From assembly GCA_003693705.1 (NCBI GenBank), contig RBZT01000234.1, positions 1-64,000 of the forward strand: DNA of 64,000 nucleotides. The letters run 5' to 3'. The notes beneath the pieces were generated by a model that saw nothing but the letters and a program-made list of their open reading frames with translations, did not search any database and had not been told where the DNA came from. Each line of letters opens with the position of its first letter. Within the stretch, counting starts at the first letter, position 1. This document shows, piece after piece, positions 50,010 through 63,189 of this stretch. Source of the DNA: Polymyxa betae A26-41 (taxonomy: Eukaryota; Protista; Endomyxa: Phytomyxea). The position numbers were made by a program, and so were the translations under genes.

Positions 50010-51344
50010 CTATTGATCCGAGATTGTTTCACGAACTGCTTTCATCATATTATATGATACGTTAATTGGGAACGTCGCAAACCAAATCGTTCGCTTGAAC
50101 TGTCGTGCCAACCACGGAGCCTTTTCTTCTAAATGTCTCTCTATCATCATACGTTATTACAACTCTGCAACACGCTCGCCAAAAAGAGGAATTGTCGAAA
50201 GTTTGTGAGAATTGAGAAATATTGTGGGAATTTGCTACCTAAGATATCAGGCAGTCTATAGCCCTCATCACCTTCGGCAGAAACCAGTGATTCAACCAGA
50301 AGCTCCTCCATCCGACTTTTATCAACACTAAGTATCCTTGCCTCATGCTGTGCTTCAGCAAGGACGCACTCCATCTGTTTTATACGCTCCGTTACGTGTC
50401 TCATTTCATCTTGCAGCCCACTAAGGATTCTTTGTGAACGGTGTTCTTCTTCCTCCAATAGCTCCCGAATTATTCGGTTGTGAGCGCTAACAGACCATTT
50501 TCAGAGTTAACAATCCAAAATCGATGTCTTAAAAAAATAGTGCCAACCTCGCCTGCTTTCTCCAGAGCTTAATTTGAGTGCTACGAGAACATTGTCTTCT
50601 ATCTGCGGCGTTAAGAGCTGTTTGAACTACAGAAGCTTCATCGCGGATACGACGCAGCTCATTCTCCAGAACTTGCTGATGAACAGAGGCTAATGTGATA
50701 ATTAGGAAAATGTTGTGATCAAAGACTACCGAACCTATGATTTGCAGCTTCACCAAATCTGAGTTTAACTGCTGAAGACCTTGGAAATCATGCGAGCGTA
50801 TGGAATCGAATCCTTTCACAACAGTTTGTCTTTGAAATGGAAATTGATCGCAACGCTAATTGCCAGTTAGGAACAAAAACGAAAAAGAACATTCACTAGC
50901 AACTTGCTCGAATCGCTCAATTTCAGTAGAGAGGTAAAACTGAACTTGAGCAAGATGGCGCTGAAGTGAGAATAGAGCAGATCTGTTATCGTCACCGTCT
51001 GCGTTTTCAAATCCTGGAATATCGTCGATGACCAGGATGAGCATATCTTCAAGCCGTCGCATGCGGGATATAGATTTGGATAAGTTACGAATAGAAGCAT
51101 CAGCCTATTATTTCTCAGTATTGCAAATCAGCACAACCGCCTTTATAAAAGTTTATTGTAGGTATGAGTACTTAGCAAACAAGGGCATAACCCCAAACTT
51201 TAGGACTTATTAAAACATAGGTGCATCAACCAAATTACGACGTACAGAAGCGGATGCATTCTGATTTTCAGGCCAATACTGGCACAAGGATGCCGACTCC
51301 TGGTCCTGACGAACAATGATTCGTCCCTCCTGGTGGTCGTCATG
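50010..51344 (-). CDS. Coiled-coil protein of unknown function (5' end uncertain)
   Basis: Several GT-AG-bounded exons encoding heptad-like sequence (LENELRRIRDEAS, LQDEMRHVTERIKQME); ends VRETISDQ*. Confidence 0.55.
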
Positions 51345-52356
51345 ACTTGAGGATTGCATGAATGGCTAGCAAGTGCCAAGTACTGTACCAAAAAACGGAT
51401 TTAAAATCGCGTTACATGCAAGCCAAAAAGTAGGCGCTCACAGTCGCGCAAAAACTGCTGCGCAACATTCCTGTCACTCACAAAAACAAAAAATCAAAGC
51501 AGTCCTAGTCCGCAATGTGAATTTGATCCGCACTGTGTTTACAGTTTTCTTTTTTTTATGCGTGATAAACCGGAAAGATGCAATAGTCATATGGAAGATC
51601 CATATGGAAGGATGGAGTCCAAAAAGCGTACCAGCGATGACCTGCTTCGAATTTCGCGAATTCTACAGTTTATAGTCTATAAAACGAAAGTATTTTGTGT
51701 TATTTTTAAAACCAGCGGACTGTTGCAATTCCCTCTTCTTGACAAATCATGTCTCGGTCTAACTATCGCCAAGTTACGATCCTGTTGAGTGCGGTCGAAA
51801 CCAACGAGCTCATTAAACTGCTCGGTTCCCGCTGTTTCACATCGATAACATGATAATTTCCACCATCAACTAAATAGATATGCATGGCAACCCAGCGACA
51901 TTCGAGTTTACTATTAATTCCACCATAGTAACTCAGAATCCATTATGCCAGATGATCGAAAATTGTTCGGTGTCATCGACGTCTTGGATCGGAGCGAAGC
52001 AAAATTTTGTTAATCTTTACTGACAGAAATTCCAGATTTTTTTTTCGTTTTCATTTCAAACTGGCTGATTTCTTTCATCCTAGTGGAATTCCAGCTCTGG
52101 AATAAGACAATAGTGAGATCCCCCACCTACCGATCACCTTACGAAATGGTTTCTTGCCATTAGCTAATCGGCCAGGTAGTCTAAACTGGCTTTACAGTTG
52201 TTGGAAATCAACATCAGTCTTCGTATTGGTTATTTTGCTGGTGCTATAGACTTCTAATGCGCCGATTCATTTGAAGGAAACGTGAGAGTCGACTGAAGTG
52301 CAGCAAAAAGTCGAAGTCGCGGCCTCGATCCAATCCATATCGAGGTTGCTGTCCGC

Positions 52357-53082
52357 ATGGACAATGGCGACCTGGTGTGGTCGTCTCCAACCAAGCCAGA
52401 CGCCAGCGTCCGGGCGGAAGGTGAACGACGGCCGGAATCATCCGACAGCTCCATTCCTGGGGTCACCATCAGGACGCTTAATCCTAATGATCTGGACAAC
52501 CTGCGCCAGCTCGATAAGCTTCTGTTCCCGGTCACCTATTCTGATTCGTTCTATCATAATCTGCTAGCGAATCCTAACCTAAACAGGGTTGCTGTGAATG
52601 CTGATCGCGTATGCCATGATCATCTGAAAACCAGCAGGTGCTGATATGAAATATTTTAGGAAATTGTTGGCTGTGTCACCTGCCGTTATGTTCGCTATAA
52701 ACAGTATGGCCGCTCTGTATGGGTATCGACGATTCCACAATGTGTTGGATATATTTCGACTTTGGGTGTCAGTCCGAATTATCGCCGCCGTGGTCTAGGA
52801 AAACGTCTTCTAGAAATCGCCCTAGAGGAGCTTAGCAAAGAATGCAACACTGTTATATTGCATGTGAAAGCTGATAATACCGCTGCAATTCAGCTCTATC
52901 TTAACGCTGGCTTCGTTCGGGTTAAATATTTACCGAATCATTACTTGTTCGATAATCAGTATCACGACGCCATTCAGCTGCAACGAGGTCAATGTGATAC
53001 TATTCACTCTTTAGATTCAGCACTGGACCATGAGGATGATGGCTCGTGGCTTTCGTGGGCACCCAGATGTACCATATTCTAG
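52357..53082 (+). CDS. GNAT N-terminal acetyltransferase, NAA60/NAA50-like (2 exons)
   Basis: LFPVTYSDSFY, GYISTLGVSPNYRRRGLGKRLL, LHVKADNTAAIQLY..GF, LPNHYLFDNQYHDA; ends in CTIF*. Confidence 0.85.
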
Positions 53083-53223
53083 CCAAATTTAGATTTCATT
53101 ATGCATTACCCATATATCGATTATTGTATTTATCTGTTTAACTAAAGTCTGAATTCGCAGTCTCGATGTTTGTCTGTTAAGTTGAACAGAATTCATGCTT
53201 GGAAGCTTTATTGAACTTTTGCA

Positions 53224-54414
53224 TTAATATACCTCCCAGTGCAGGGACCAAGGGCCTTGGTAATGCTCTTTCTTGCCAGAAGAGAGATTGTCGACTTCGA
53301 TTTGGGTGACATCCCGAACCTGATCAAGATTGAGCCCATTACAGAACTGAAAGTAGGCTTGCGTGACATCGACAACACGATCATACTCAAGGCGGGCCAT
53401 GTTCATCATATCGCGATGCATCATCCCAATCATGCCCATAAAACCAGCTGGTTTGCCATTGAACGTGACCCGGATTGTTTGAGAATCCATCGGAGAGGTC
53501 ACGTTATGAAGCAACACAATTAAATGTTTGTGATCGGGAACGCCAGCTTCCATAGGTTGGAATTGTATTCCGGTGCCGATACCTCCATCAACAGCAGAAG
53601 CCGCTCGTCGGAAAACATCATTATATGGAAATTTTACATTTCGACCGTATGCTGCTTGAAACGTCGTAGTGGATCCCACGAGATCATAGCCTCCGACAAC
53701 CTGATCGTTAAAAGCGGCTAAATTAGCTTTCGGATGTAGTGCTATCCACATCGAAAACACGACGTTAACGAAAGAATGATGTAGCCAGAAGATCGGGTCA
53801 AATGCCGACGTCTTGACAGGAACCATTGTACCACCGATACTGTTGTGGACGATAGCATGAACGGCTTCCAGCTCGCGTTGAAATTCGCCAAAGTCGTTTC
53901 GTGTTAATGCACGATAAACGTATTCGGCAAGATACGGCGCACTCAAATCTTGCCAATCACGGGTGGTTAAGACGTTTCGTAGTTCGCCACCCTGTGCACT
54001 ATCGTACATGTAGCCAGTGTTTAGAGGGTTTCGTTGCCCTTTGTATGTTGGAGAATCGATAATTGGAATATGAATCTCTTCGGTCCAGTCCCAATACGGC
54101 CACATATAGCCCAACTCGTTTTCCATGAAGATCAGATACGCCCGATGCCATGCAAGAAAGGTTGGTTTTTCGTGTGGGCATTGATACCGGTCATCACCAT
54201 GCATTCGAGCGATATCAACGTATTTGCCAGACTCTTGAAGACGGCCAAGCTTGCCAAGAAACTTGTCAAGATCGGAACTGGATTCAGCTAGAGCTCGGAT
54301 ATCAACAGGTGTTTGAGCATCAGATTTGTTAAGCAAGAGAAGCACGACGCCGATCGTGATTCCAACGGCGATTAATGACACGCCCATCAAAATTATTGCT
54401 CGTTTGCTGACCAT
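53224..54414 (-). CDS. Tyrosinase / type-3 copper oxidase with N-terminal membrane anchor, intronless
   Basis: CuA: ARMHG..CPHEKPTFLAWHR; PYWDW; CuB: EAVHAIVHNSIGG..SAFDPIFWLHH. Hydrophobic residues 6-28. Confidence 0.93.
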   Translation of the reverse strand: MVSKRAIILMGVSLIAVGITIGVVLLLLNKSDAQTPVDIRALAESSSDLDKFLGKLGRLQESGKYVDIARMHGDDRYQCPHEKPTFLAWHRAYLIFMENELGYMWPYWDWTEEIHIPIIDSPTYKGQRNPLNTGYMYDSAQGGELRNVLTTRDWQDLSAPYLAEYVYRALTRNDFGEFQRELEAVHAIVHNSIGGTMVPVKTSAFDPIFWLHHSFVNVVFSMWIALHPKANLAAFNDQVVGGYDLVGSTTTFQAAYGRNVKFPYNDVFRRAASAVDGGIGTGIQFQPMEAGVPDHKHLIVLLHNVTSPMDSQTIRVTFNGKPAGFMGMIGMMHRDMMNMARLEYDRVVDVTQAYFQFCNGLNLDQVRDVTQIEVDNLSSGKKEHYQGPWSLHWEVY

Positions 54415-54886
54415 AAGTCAACGTGCTCGCAAGTGCCGTTTGTTGATGGCAACAACGGTGCCAGGGGATTGGTAAATTGCCAGAAGGCTTGGGATTGGAT
54501 GGCCCTTTGGAGATGGAATTTAGCCCGGTTCCGATTCTGGAAGAAGCATCGGAAGTGACTCATGCGGGGTCGGCTGTCGATTTGGGTGCGGCAGTTCGGG
54601 TGTTGCTGCCAGAGACGCCAATGTGCTGTCGCCATCGCATCCGTATGAAGTCGTCAGCATGCCTATTAAGCATAACATAGAAGATTGTCAAGATTTCAAA
54701 TAAATTTCATACGAAAATCTCGAGTATCGTAACAGGTCTTCGCGGGACCTGCAGCCCTATAAAAGGGGTGACAAATTCAATTTGCTGCTTGGGGCGGCCA
54801 CCTCTTCTCTTTGACGATCATAGTGTATGTAATATCGGTCGGAGCTGCTGCATGATCGCCTGATCGTATGGCCGTTGGCCAGCCGA

Positions 54887-57800
54887 ATGTCGTCGCGATG
54901 CATCGATTACTTCGCTCTGGTTCGATGTCGTAACACTCCGGCTTTCACAACCGAAGTACAATTGCGGTTTCCGCTTGATGATCATGCGGATTGTGCCTTC
55001 CCGAAAGAATTGCACATGGTAATAAATTGATATAGTTAGTACAAAAGTATTTATTCGGAATTATAGTTCTGCTTTCCTACTGGGGATGACATTTTCCGCC
55101 GACCTGAAACGGTCCTTCGAGAATTTAGGTTAATGAAGTCATAGCAGCGCTGTGTTTGTAGCTGACGACGATATCAGCTTTCTCTTAACAGAAATTGATG
55201 GACGCCGTGTATACGTCAGCATTATTCGATTTCCCGATGAACACTCAGATGGATCGGTCTGCTGTCTTGCGCTGACGTCACATTGGCCGTTCTACAAACA
55301 AATGCTGCAATTCCTAAGATATCTTCGTGCAACTCTTACGACATCCAGGTAGCTGTCTGCCCTGATCGCTGCCGTTTGGTCCAATAAGACTTTTACAGAA
55401 CATTTGCCGCTCCTCTTGAATCAATCCTTACGAATCTGATTTTTGAGGTTCCATTGCCTCCTCGTGGAAGAACAGAGGTATTAAGATTGTTGTTAATGAA
55501 CTTCATCACAGTGTCTTATTGTTGACCTTAGGTGATCGTGCCATTAATCAGCACAAATACCGCCCCAATGGAGCTTTGCTTTAGGCGGCCGCCACCAAAT
55601 TCTGGCGCTCTTATTGACTACGACTTTAGTGCATTGTTTTACTACTTCTCCCTCGATAGCATAATCACTGTATTCAGCGCCATATTCAGCGAAAGGCGAA
55701 TTGTGCTGGTTTCAAGTCATGAATCATGCTTGACGACGCTATTCGAAGCTGTTCGTATTACACTTCTCTTGCAATTTCCTTTTCTCAGACATGAACAGTT
55801 CAATTGCTTAATTTTTCCGTTTCTATGGCGTCATGCATATATTCCACTCTTGCCCTCGTCTCTGGTTGATTACATCTGCGCTCCAATGCCGTTTTTGATG
55901 GGAATATGCCGAGTGTACTTGCCAGAAAAATCGGCTCTCAATGGCGTCGTGCTCATCGATTGCGACATGAACCATGGTATTCTGGCCTTGAGACTTTTTG
56001 TGATTTCCATTTTGAAGTTTATATTACAGTTACTTTCTTTGACGAGTCAGGAAATGAAGCGACGCCAACTCCATTGCCCGCTTTACCAGATCGTGCCGGA
56101 AAACAGCTTTTGAAACGCTTACGGGCCTTAATTTCACTACAAGAAACGTAAACCCGACATTATTCGTTTTGCCTTTTGCTGGTGATTAATACGCAATGGC
56201 ATAGAAATCTCGTCTGCCCGCCTGACGTTCCCATTGATCATGGCTCAGTTAAAGATTGTTTTCTACGATTCTTTGCCGCCATCTTCCTCAATTTTCATTC
56301 CCATTTTGATGACTCCAAAGAACAATGCTTCGATAAGAAAGCGTTCCTCGAAGCCTGCTCAGAACGGTTTAGATGCCTATCGTACTGCAATCGATTGCTG
56401 ATTGTCCATTTAGCTGCGAGTTTGTAAACCAACTGCTAAATACGCAGATGTTTGCTTCGTTTCTTGACGAGCGCATTCAGTTCTCAGATGATATGGATAC
56501 TCTGCTTTTTGATGAATACATTCGGCGAGAGCAAGGGAAACCGGCAGCATTTCTTGCAGACACTTCCCAGGTTGCCGATATTTAACAATTCGCAACGTAT
56601 TCATGGTTTCGTTTAGACACACCAGTCCCGGTATGTTTGCCAATCGCCGATAACGAGCGGGAAGGTCACGTATGATTTTGGGTTTCCTCAAAGTTGGGAT
56701 ACTGTGTCAATTCCTGCTTCAAGGTCAACCGAAATTCTGGTTGATATCTCAACAGAATCCCAGAGAGCGACAACTACGGTATGTCTTGGCTATTTCTCCT
56801 TACTTCTGCTTTCTAATGATTATAAGGGAATGTCATATGCCTCTTTAAAATTCTTCATGGATCAGGCAAGAATATCTCATGTCAATTGTTTCTTAAATCT
56901 CACAGTCCAACAGAAAACATATTCTCGAAAGCTCCACACAATGTCTCAGCAGTGTGGGCGGGATGATCAAATGTTTCTGTCCATTGTTAAAAGTATGAGT
57001 GAATGGACTACGTTGCAACGTTCAGCTGCGACGACGGAATGCAAATTGCGATTGAATAAGATGAGTCCTGGGGATGAGTTTTCAATTGCTGACGTTTGGA
57101 ATCAAGTTTGCGTTTATGTTGAGTAAGTCAGGCAATCCAGTATGTATTGATATTTTGTTTACTAAAGTTAGAGCGACCCAAAATACCAGACATGCTGAAA
57201 TGAAGACCATGAACTCTTTGAACGATGATCTGGCCGAACAGATTCACTTCATAGATCGAGAAATTAGGATTCTTTTTGACGAATCAAAGTAAAGAGTGTC
57301 TCAAAATCTACATCATGCATTAATGCAGTGGATTCAGGCAACTTGATGCCGAAGCTACCATGCGCAAAACGGAACTGGAGCGTGTCAAGCTGCTCTTGGT
57401 GAACTCGCGCCAGAAGTTGGCATTAACCGAGCAAGAATCAAGACTACCAGCAGATTTACGCAAATCCGTTTCTCTTTTCAGGCAAAGTGATCTATCACGC
57501 CTTGGTAACGCTTCAGTTTGCATAAACCCATTGATCTCACGAATCTTGCCTTGTAGTCGCTGCCAGATCAGAGGTTCAAGCAATAAGTATTGAACAGAGC
57601 GAAGCGGAAACTGCTTTCTGGACGCATTTGGATCTGTACAACTCCCGGATTCCACAGATTATTTCGGAGCTTCAACGATTGAATCTATGTCGCGTAGCTG
57701 CTCTGAAATCAGCACTGAAGCTGTAGGTACAACGAAGTGTTGAGCATCGAATGTCTAACACTGATATTGTAGACTGACTTCCAGCCGATTGGAACAACTT

Positions 57801-60800
57801 CATCAAGAGACGTTAGCGCTTCAGAACCTTTCAGATTCCATCAATTCTGTCAACATAGACGAGACATTGTGAGTTTTCTACCACCAGCATCATCCAGGTC
57901 TGACAATGATTCAGGTTTCGAGACAATTTTCCTGCAGCATCTGTCCAACCTAGTCCTCACACGGAGCCAGAGTCTCTTCATGCATTCACACCAAGCCCAG
58001 TTCCTACACCAAGCGTGAGGCTCGGGGCATCAGATTCTAGGGACTCGCCAGTAAGCTAAGCTTTTTGTCGCTCTGATTCATTTATTCTTGACTGCGATTA
58101 AAACTTTATATAGACTAATTCATTAGCGAGAATGTCTTTCTCAGCGGACTCCACCAAGTTGTTCCGTTATTCGATTTTACTTTGGGGGCAATTTGATGTA
58201 GTATTTCAACATGCTGTTCATGGAAAAGCAGTTGTAAAGCAACTCTCTATTATCGTGGATGCTGCTTCTGGTCTTTTCGAGGTATACTTGCTCAGATCGA
58301 ACGTCGCTCCTGGTTTTGATAATTTAACAGTTCGTCTCTCGCAGCATGGGTAAACTACCTAAATCCAGGTTTGTCTCATCATTCAATATGGTCGCTCAAT
58401 CATAGCTCAATCACAGCAGCGGTCCATCTCGAACAATATCGGCAACTGGTTCATTATCTTCAAAGTTAGTTTCTGCCCGCTACATTGTTCGCCATTGTGA
58501 TGTGGAAAACGCGATTGACGATCAGCTCGATGCGCTTTGCTATGAAGGCTCTCAACAAACGTTACTGATATCACGAAAACTTCAGCAACTAGTTAGTCTA
58601 TATTCCTGACAGACTCTGCCGAATTCTTATCTTCTTTCAGTTTGTAGAGATCCGAGTCTTGAAGCGGGAATGTAAGGGCTCGTTCACAATGATTCAGCGC
58701 CGTAGAAATAAACTCGAATCCGATATTCAAGCTGCGAATGAGATTTATCACAAAAATGGTGCTGTGGGATATCCAGTTTTCTCAAATGTACTGGCATAAG
58801 TTGGTACTGATACGACATAAATTTTAACCAATTTCCTTAGACCAATTCAGTTTCAAAATCGCAAAGAGAAATCGATATGCTTGCCAGGCAATGGGAAACC
58901 GCTCTGGTTCAACATCAGCTTGGCAATGCACATCTGCTCGATCAGTTTCAGAGGATCGAGCAACTCCGCCTTACGTCGCTGAAGAAGATAATGACCGATC
59001 TGCATAGCGCTTTGAATGATTTCTGTTCTAATTGGAGAGAAAGTACGAGCAAATGGTGCAAAAATGTCGGCGTTGCTGATGTGATATTTTCAGTGCAAGC
59101 ACGGCTTCTATCAACAGTCGATGATGTCAACGTTAGCGTGATCATTGCCGAATATGCTGCCCAATTTCCAGAAGAACAAAGCAACAAAGAAGTAATGGGA
59201 ATGTGCTTGAGCGCATTCACGAATGTAACTCTGGGATTTAGCTGTTTGATTTTGTTGGAGATGGAGTCGAGCACGTTTCCGGCTTGATAGCCTTAATGGA
59301 GAATCTTGTCAGTATCGATGAAAAACTGTCCAGCAAGCTACGAAAAATAGCATGGAGTATAGAATTTCAAGAGGTACAGAACGGCAAAGTGTTTAACTTG
59401 TTTTTGATGCAAAAGTTTAGGCGATGCCATCTATATCAAAGGCATTGGGGTCGGTTTCATCATTTTTCCAGTTTTGGCCGAAAGCGCTTGATAAAGATGT
59501 CATGATCCGGAGGTTGAAAACTTGAAACATTGTGAAAATCTTTCTAAAACGACATCAGGGACGACATTGTTGAACTGCGACGATTGCGAGATCAATGGCA
59601 ATCGAAACTCGCTATTGCCATAAACAAGGCTCAGGTTAGGTTACTTAATCAATATGAAAAGCCATCACCAAAAGTCTTAGGTGGAAAAGAAGAATCGAGA
59701 TGCTGTGGTATCATCATATGAGCATGCTCGAGCTGATCTCGCCAAAGCAATGCAAACAGTCACTCAAAATCGGGAGCGTCTTACCAGAGCCGAGTCGGAA
59801 AGTTCCCAGCCCGACGCTGGCCTGAGAATAATGAAGTTTATGAAAACCCCAATTGACAAACAACGGTAAGCATCCTCGAAAGGAAATAGCTTTCCCAACT
59901 AAATTGTGAAGGATTCGCCTTGTAGAATCTCAGGCTGAACTAGAAGCAGCACATGCTAATTGTAGTCGTCTCGAACTGGAGACGAAAAATACAGAACAAA
60001 AATACACTTCAGCGATCAGTTCACTTCGCGCCTTTGCACTGGTCGGGAATTGGGCAGAGCCTTTGTCAGAACCTAATATCCTTTCAGGAAATCGAACAGG
60101 CTCGCCTCAGTGGCCTCTTTACAATAACGAAAAAATTCATGCAACATGTCATGCAAGGCAACGGCATTATTGCTGATGCTGTTAGTTCGTTGGCGACGGC
60201 TGTTCGGGAGGGTATATAGTGTGTCATATCATCGTTGTGTATATACACCAAGCGTTGTTTGTAGTTGATGTCCAATTGGACATGACTAGCTGGGTCGAAA
60301 CCATGAGAACGAAAACCTCTTTCGAATGCCCAGAGGTTGTCTTACGTAATCTGGAACGGGGTGTTGAAGATGCAGATCTGCAAATACAAGATCGGAGTGA
60401 TGGTGCTTCAGCTGAACCACAATCCATGAAGTATCTGCGTCCAATTGCTGAGCACGGTAAGACGACGCCATACCCAAATGGTATCACTAATATCCTTGCA
60501 GCAACACTGGAAACCACAACCACATCAACTGCCATTTCAGGCAGTAACTCTCCAAAGCCGTTTTACACAATCAATGATCATACAAACGGAGAAAATTCTC
60601 TATCAGTATGAACACGAACTTATACACCGATTGATGATAACCATGACACTACAGAATGAAACAGACGATGGGCGTTCCAATCAAGCACCTCTTGCGAATG
60701 AAGCTCCTGAAGGATTTGATCTGGCCCCTCCCCAACGAATAAGGCATTTGGCTGCCGGTTTTGTCTCCGATGCATCAAGTGTAAGTACTCTAAGCGATTA

Positions 60801-60801
60801 G
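54887..60801 (+). CDS. DENN-domain protein (Rab GEF) fused to several F-BAR/BAR-like helical modules; many exons
   Basis: uDENN CIDYFALV..RFPLDDH..HMFCFPTG; cDENN SERRIVLVS..FPFLWRHAYIPLLP..DYICAPMPFLMGI; dDENN FLRFF..TQMFASFLDER. FCH-like YSILLWGQFDVV (58167+), FQRIEQLRLTSLK and FQEIEQARLSGL. Confidence 0.75.
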
Positions 60802-61044
60802 ATGCAATCATCGTTGAGCGTATGAGCATCAAAAATGGCCAATGCAGAAAGGGACAGACTGCATATTTGCTTTATCAAACAACGATACAAACAGCAGGCC
60901 AGAAAGAATCCCATTCCGGTAGATCTTTAAAAATGTATAATTATTTCATAAATGATAAACTGCATACAATATTAATGGCAATAGTTACCATGGAAACAGT
61001 AAAATCATCGGTACCGCTTAGACAGATATATAAAACGATCGTAC

Positions 61045-61592
61045 TCAGTGCCTAACACAAAGCGGTGGAAAGTGGTCAATTCTTCGCCGTTTACGGAACA
61101 TAATCAGGTTTCGACAAAGAATGAAACGCCCGATTTTATATTTCTGGTCTTCTTCAGCGGTTGATAACTACAGCCCATTGATTTCTGAACTCAGTACGAA
61201 TATTGAATAGGCATGTATGGCTTACATAATGCCAACCAAGCTCAGCTCCACATTCGAGGCAGTATATTGGACAGATGACATGCAAGCCGGTGTTCAGCAT
61301 TTGCTGTCTCGCCGGACCGAATCGTAAGTTCGCCCTGGAATCACTGTTGGCAGAGGACTTAACCAAAAGCATCCAGTTCATATCCTCACACAAAGTTGAA
61401 TAGATAAGCAGGGCTTGACTGACTGATGAAGTTCTACCATCAGTTTCAGAACAGGCTCAATTGCACTGAGCCAGCAATGACACCTACTTTGCTGATCAGG
61501 TCGCGCTTCACAGCCAGGTGCATCCGACAATGGCGGCAGATAATAACCGAATCCGTCGAACCGTTATAATATTGGACCAGAAGATGACCCAT
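61045..61592 (-). CDS. YPEL: Yippee-like zinc-binding protein
   Basis: ICRHCRMHLA..DLISK, PAYLFN, QMLNTGLHVICPIYCLECGAELGWHY, DQKYKIGRFIL. Confidence 0.9.
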
Positions 61593-61695
61593 GATCGGAT
61601 GACACTAAGTGATAGTTCCCTGCGATGAACCGAAATCTTATATGATGCGCAGCCGCTCATTGCACCCCGCTGAAAGCCATCTATAGTCTATCGGC

Positions 61696-62733
61696 ATGGC
61701 GCGACCGCCAATCATCTTCTGCCATGCAATAACGAGGTTGCTGCTGGGCGGTTATGCCGGCCCATCCGCAACAGGCGCAGATTGAGGATCTGGAGGGGTT
61801 CCATCGTGTATATAGCATTTGTTGCTGGTTCCTGTTTGTGTGTATAGATGTATCGACACCAGCAAGCCATTGTTGAAGATCTCGATAAGAGAGCCTTTCA
61901 GCGTAGTATTCAGCTATAAGCTTGCGAGGGATAGAGAAAACTGGAACAGTGACGTCTGAGGTATCAGTTTAATTGCAGAGATGCTGACGATGGAGAACAG
62001 CTTCCAAATGCTTTGTTAGAACGGGATTCGATTCCGTAGCCATATCGATCGTATAGTGCAGTTCGTCGTTCTGAACTCGAATCTTTCTTCTACCATAGAA
62101 AATCAATACGATTATAAAGCACATTCATGAACCATACCGAATCTGGGTGACAAACGGTGAAGAAGCGTGGCTGATTCGATTTATTGCTTTCGACTCCAGT
62201 TCAATAACAAGTTCGCCGCTACTATCAATGAGGTGTTGTTTTCCAAAGGCCTCAGAACAAACTACTTCTCTGCATTGAGTGTTCCTTCGCTGATCTCAGT
62301 TAGGCCCTTAGCATGACAGAAAACGGCTTCGATTTTGTCGTTATCGAAGACTTGCAGGTAGCCAGACTCACCGTGCATTGGCATCGATGTTTCGAACTGG
62401 AATCGTCACGACTATAAGCTCAAGGCGAGAGATGGGCATGGACATACATTTTTAGTTTGCTGTATCATGAAGAGAAATGGCTGGCCTGTAGAGGAGAAGG
62501 AGATGGAATCTTGGTACTTGAAGGACTTGATAGTTGGATACTCACCAGACCCCATTCCTACCTTTCGAGCATCAATATCAAGTGATAATTTCATCCCATA
62601 TCAACAAACAACAAAAATCAAACCAAAACGTCGTAGCAAAAAGCCATTTCGCACTACCCATGAGCCTGTAAAGATGTCACATGGAATCAGTAAGGGCAGT
62701 CATCTACCCACCAAAAAGATCCTGAACAATTGA
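61696..62733 (+). CDS. Hypothetical multi-exon protein
   Basis: Short GT-AG-bounded coding-like segments ending in ORF ..ESWYLKDLIVGYSPDPIPTF..; structure not fully resolved. Confidence 0.35.
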
Positions 62734-62779
62734 CAATTTCGGATGGATCTGCTTAGAGGATTCCATTGTCGGATGAGCA

Positions 62780-63189
62780 CTCATTCTATATTTCGTCGAA
62801 ATTTGCCAAAATAAAGAAACCAAACGGAAGGTATCAAAGTTGCGCAATCCGCTGCTTTATTCCTTTGGCTTGCTTTCAACAGGTTTTTCTTTGTTCGGTT
62901 TTCTTCCCACGCCAGAGTGACTCGTTTCGACACTGTCTTCGCTGTCGGTATCGTCCAGCATGGCTAGAAGTAGAAGAATATCATCGCTGTCGTCACTATC
63001 GCTGTCGTTAAACAGTCTCGACTGTCACTGTTGCCAGAATGTAGCTTGATCCATGATCGATCGCAGATAGTGATTGCACGTGCCGGTGGAGGACCCCGTC
63101 CAAACCTTTATTTCAAATATCAATATGTAAATGTGATGATAAAGATGTAATTGCGCGCGTTGCTGCCGGTGCTGGCGGTGCACATGCTC
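62780..63189 (-). mobile_element. Possible PIF/Harbinger transposon relic
   Basis: Minus strand begins TTA|GAGCATGTGCACC (Harbinger/Tourist-like end with TAA/TTA flank), followed by a broken frame FNDSDSDDSDDILLLLAMLDD..SGVGRKPNKEK resembling Harbinger transposase N-termini. Second end not found. Confidence 0.3.

Noticed and set aside
51590-52160. Small spliced gene with NLE/ubiquitin-like flavour
   Set aside because: Fragments look coding-like but no reliable frame or motif was established.
47173-54414. Bacterial contamination explaining sthA, HPP and tyrosinase
   Set aside because: sthA and HPP have spliceosomal introns, and all three are embedded among eukaryotic genes.
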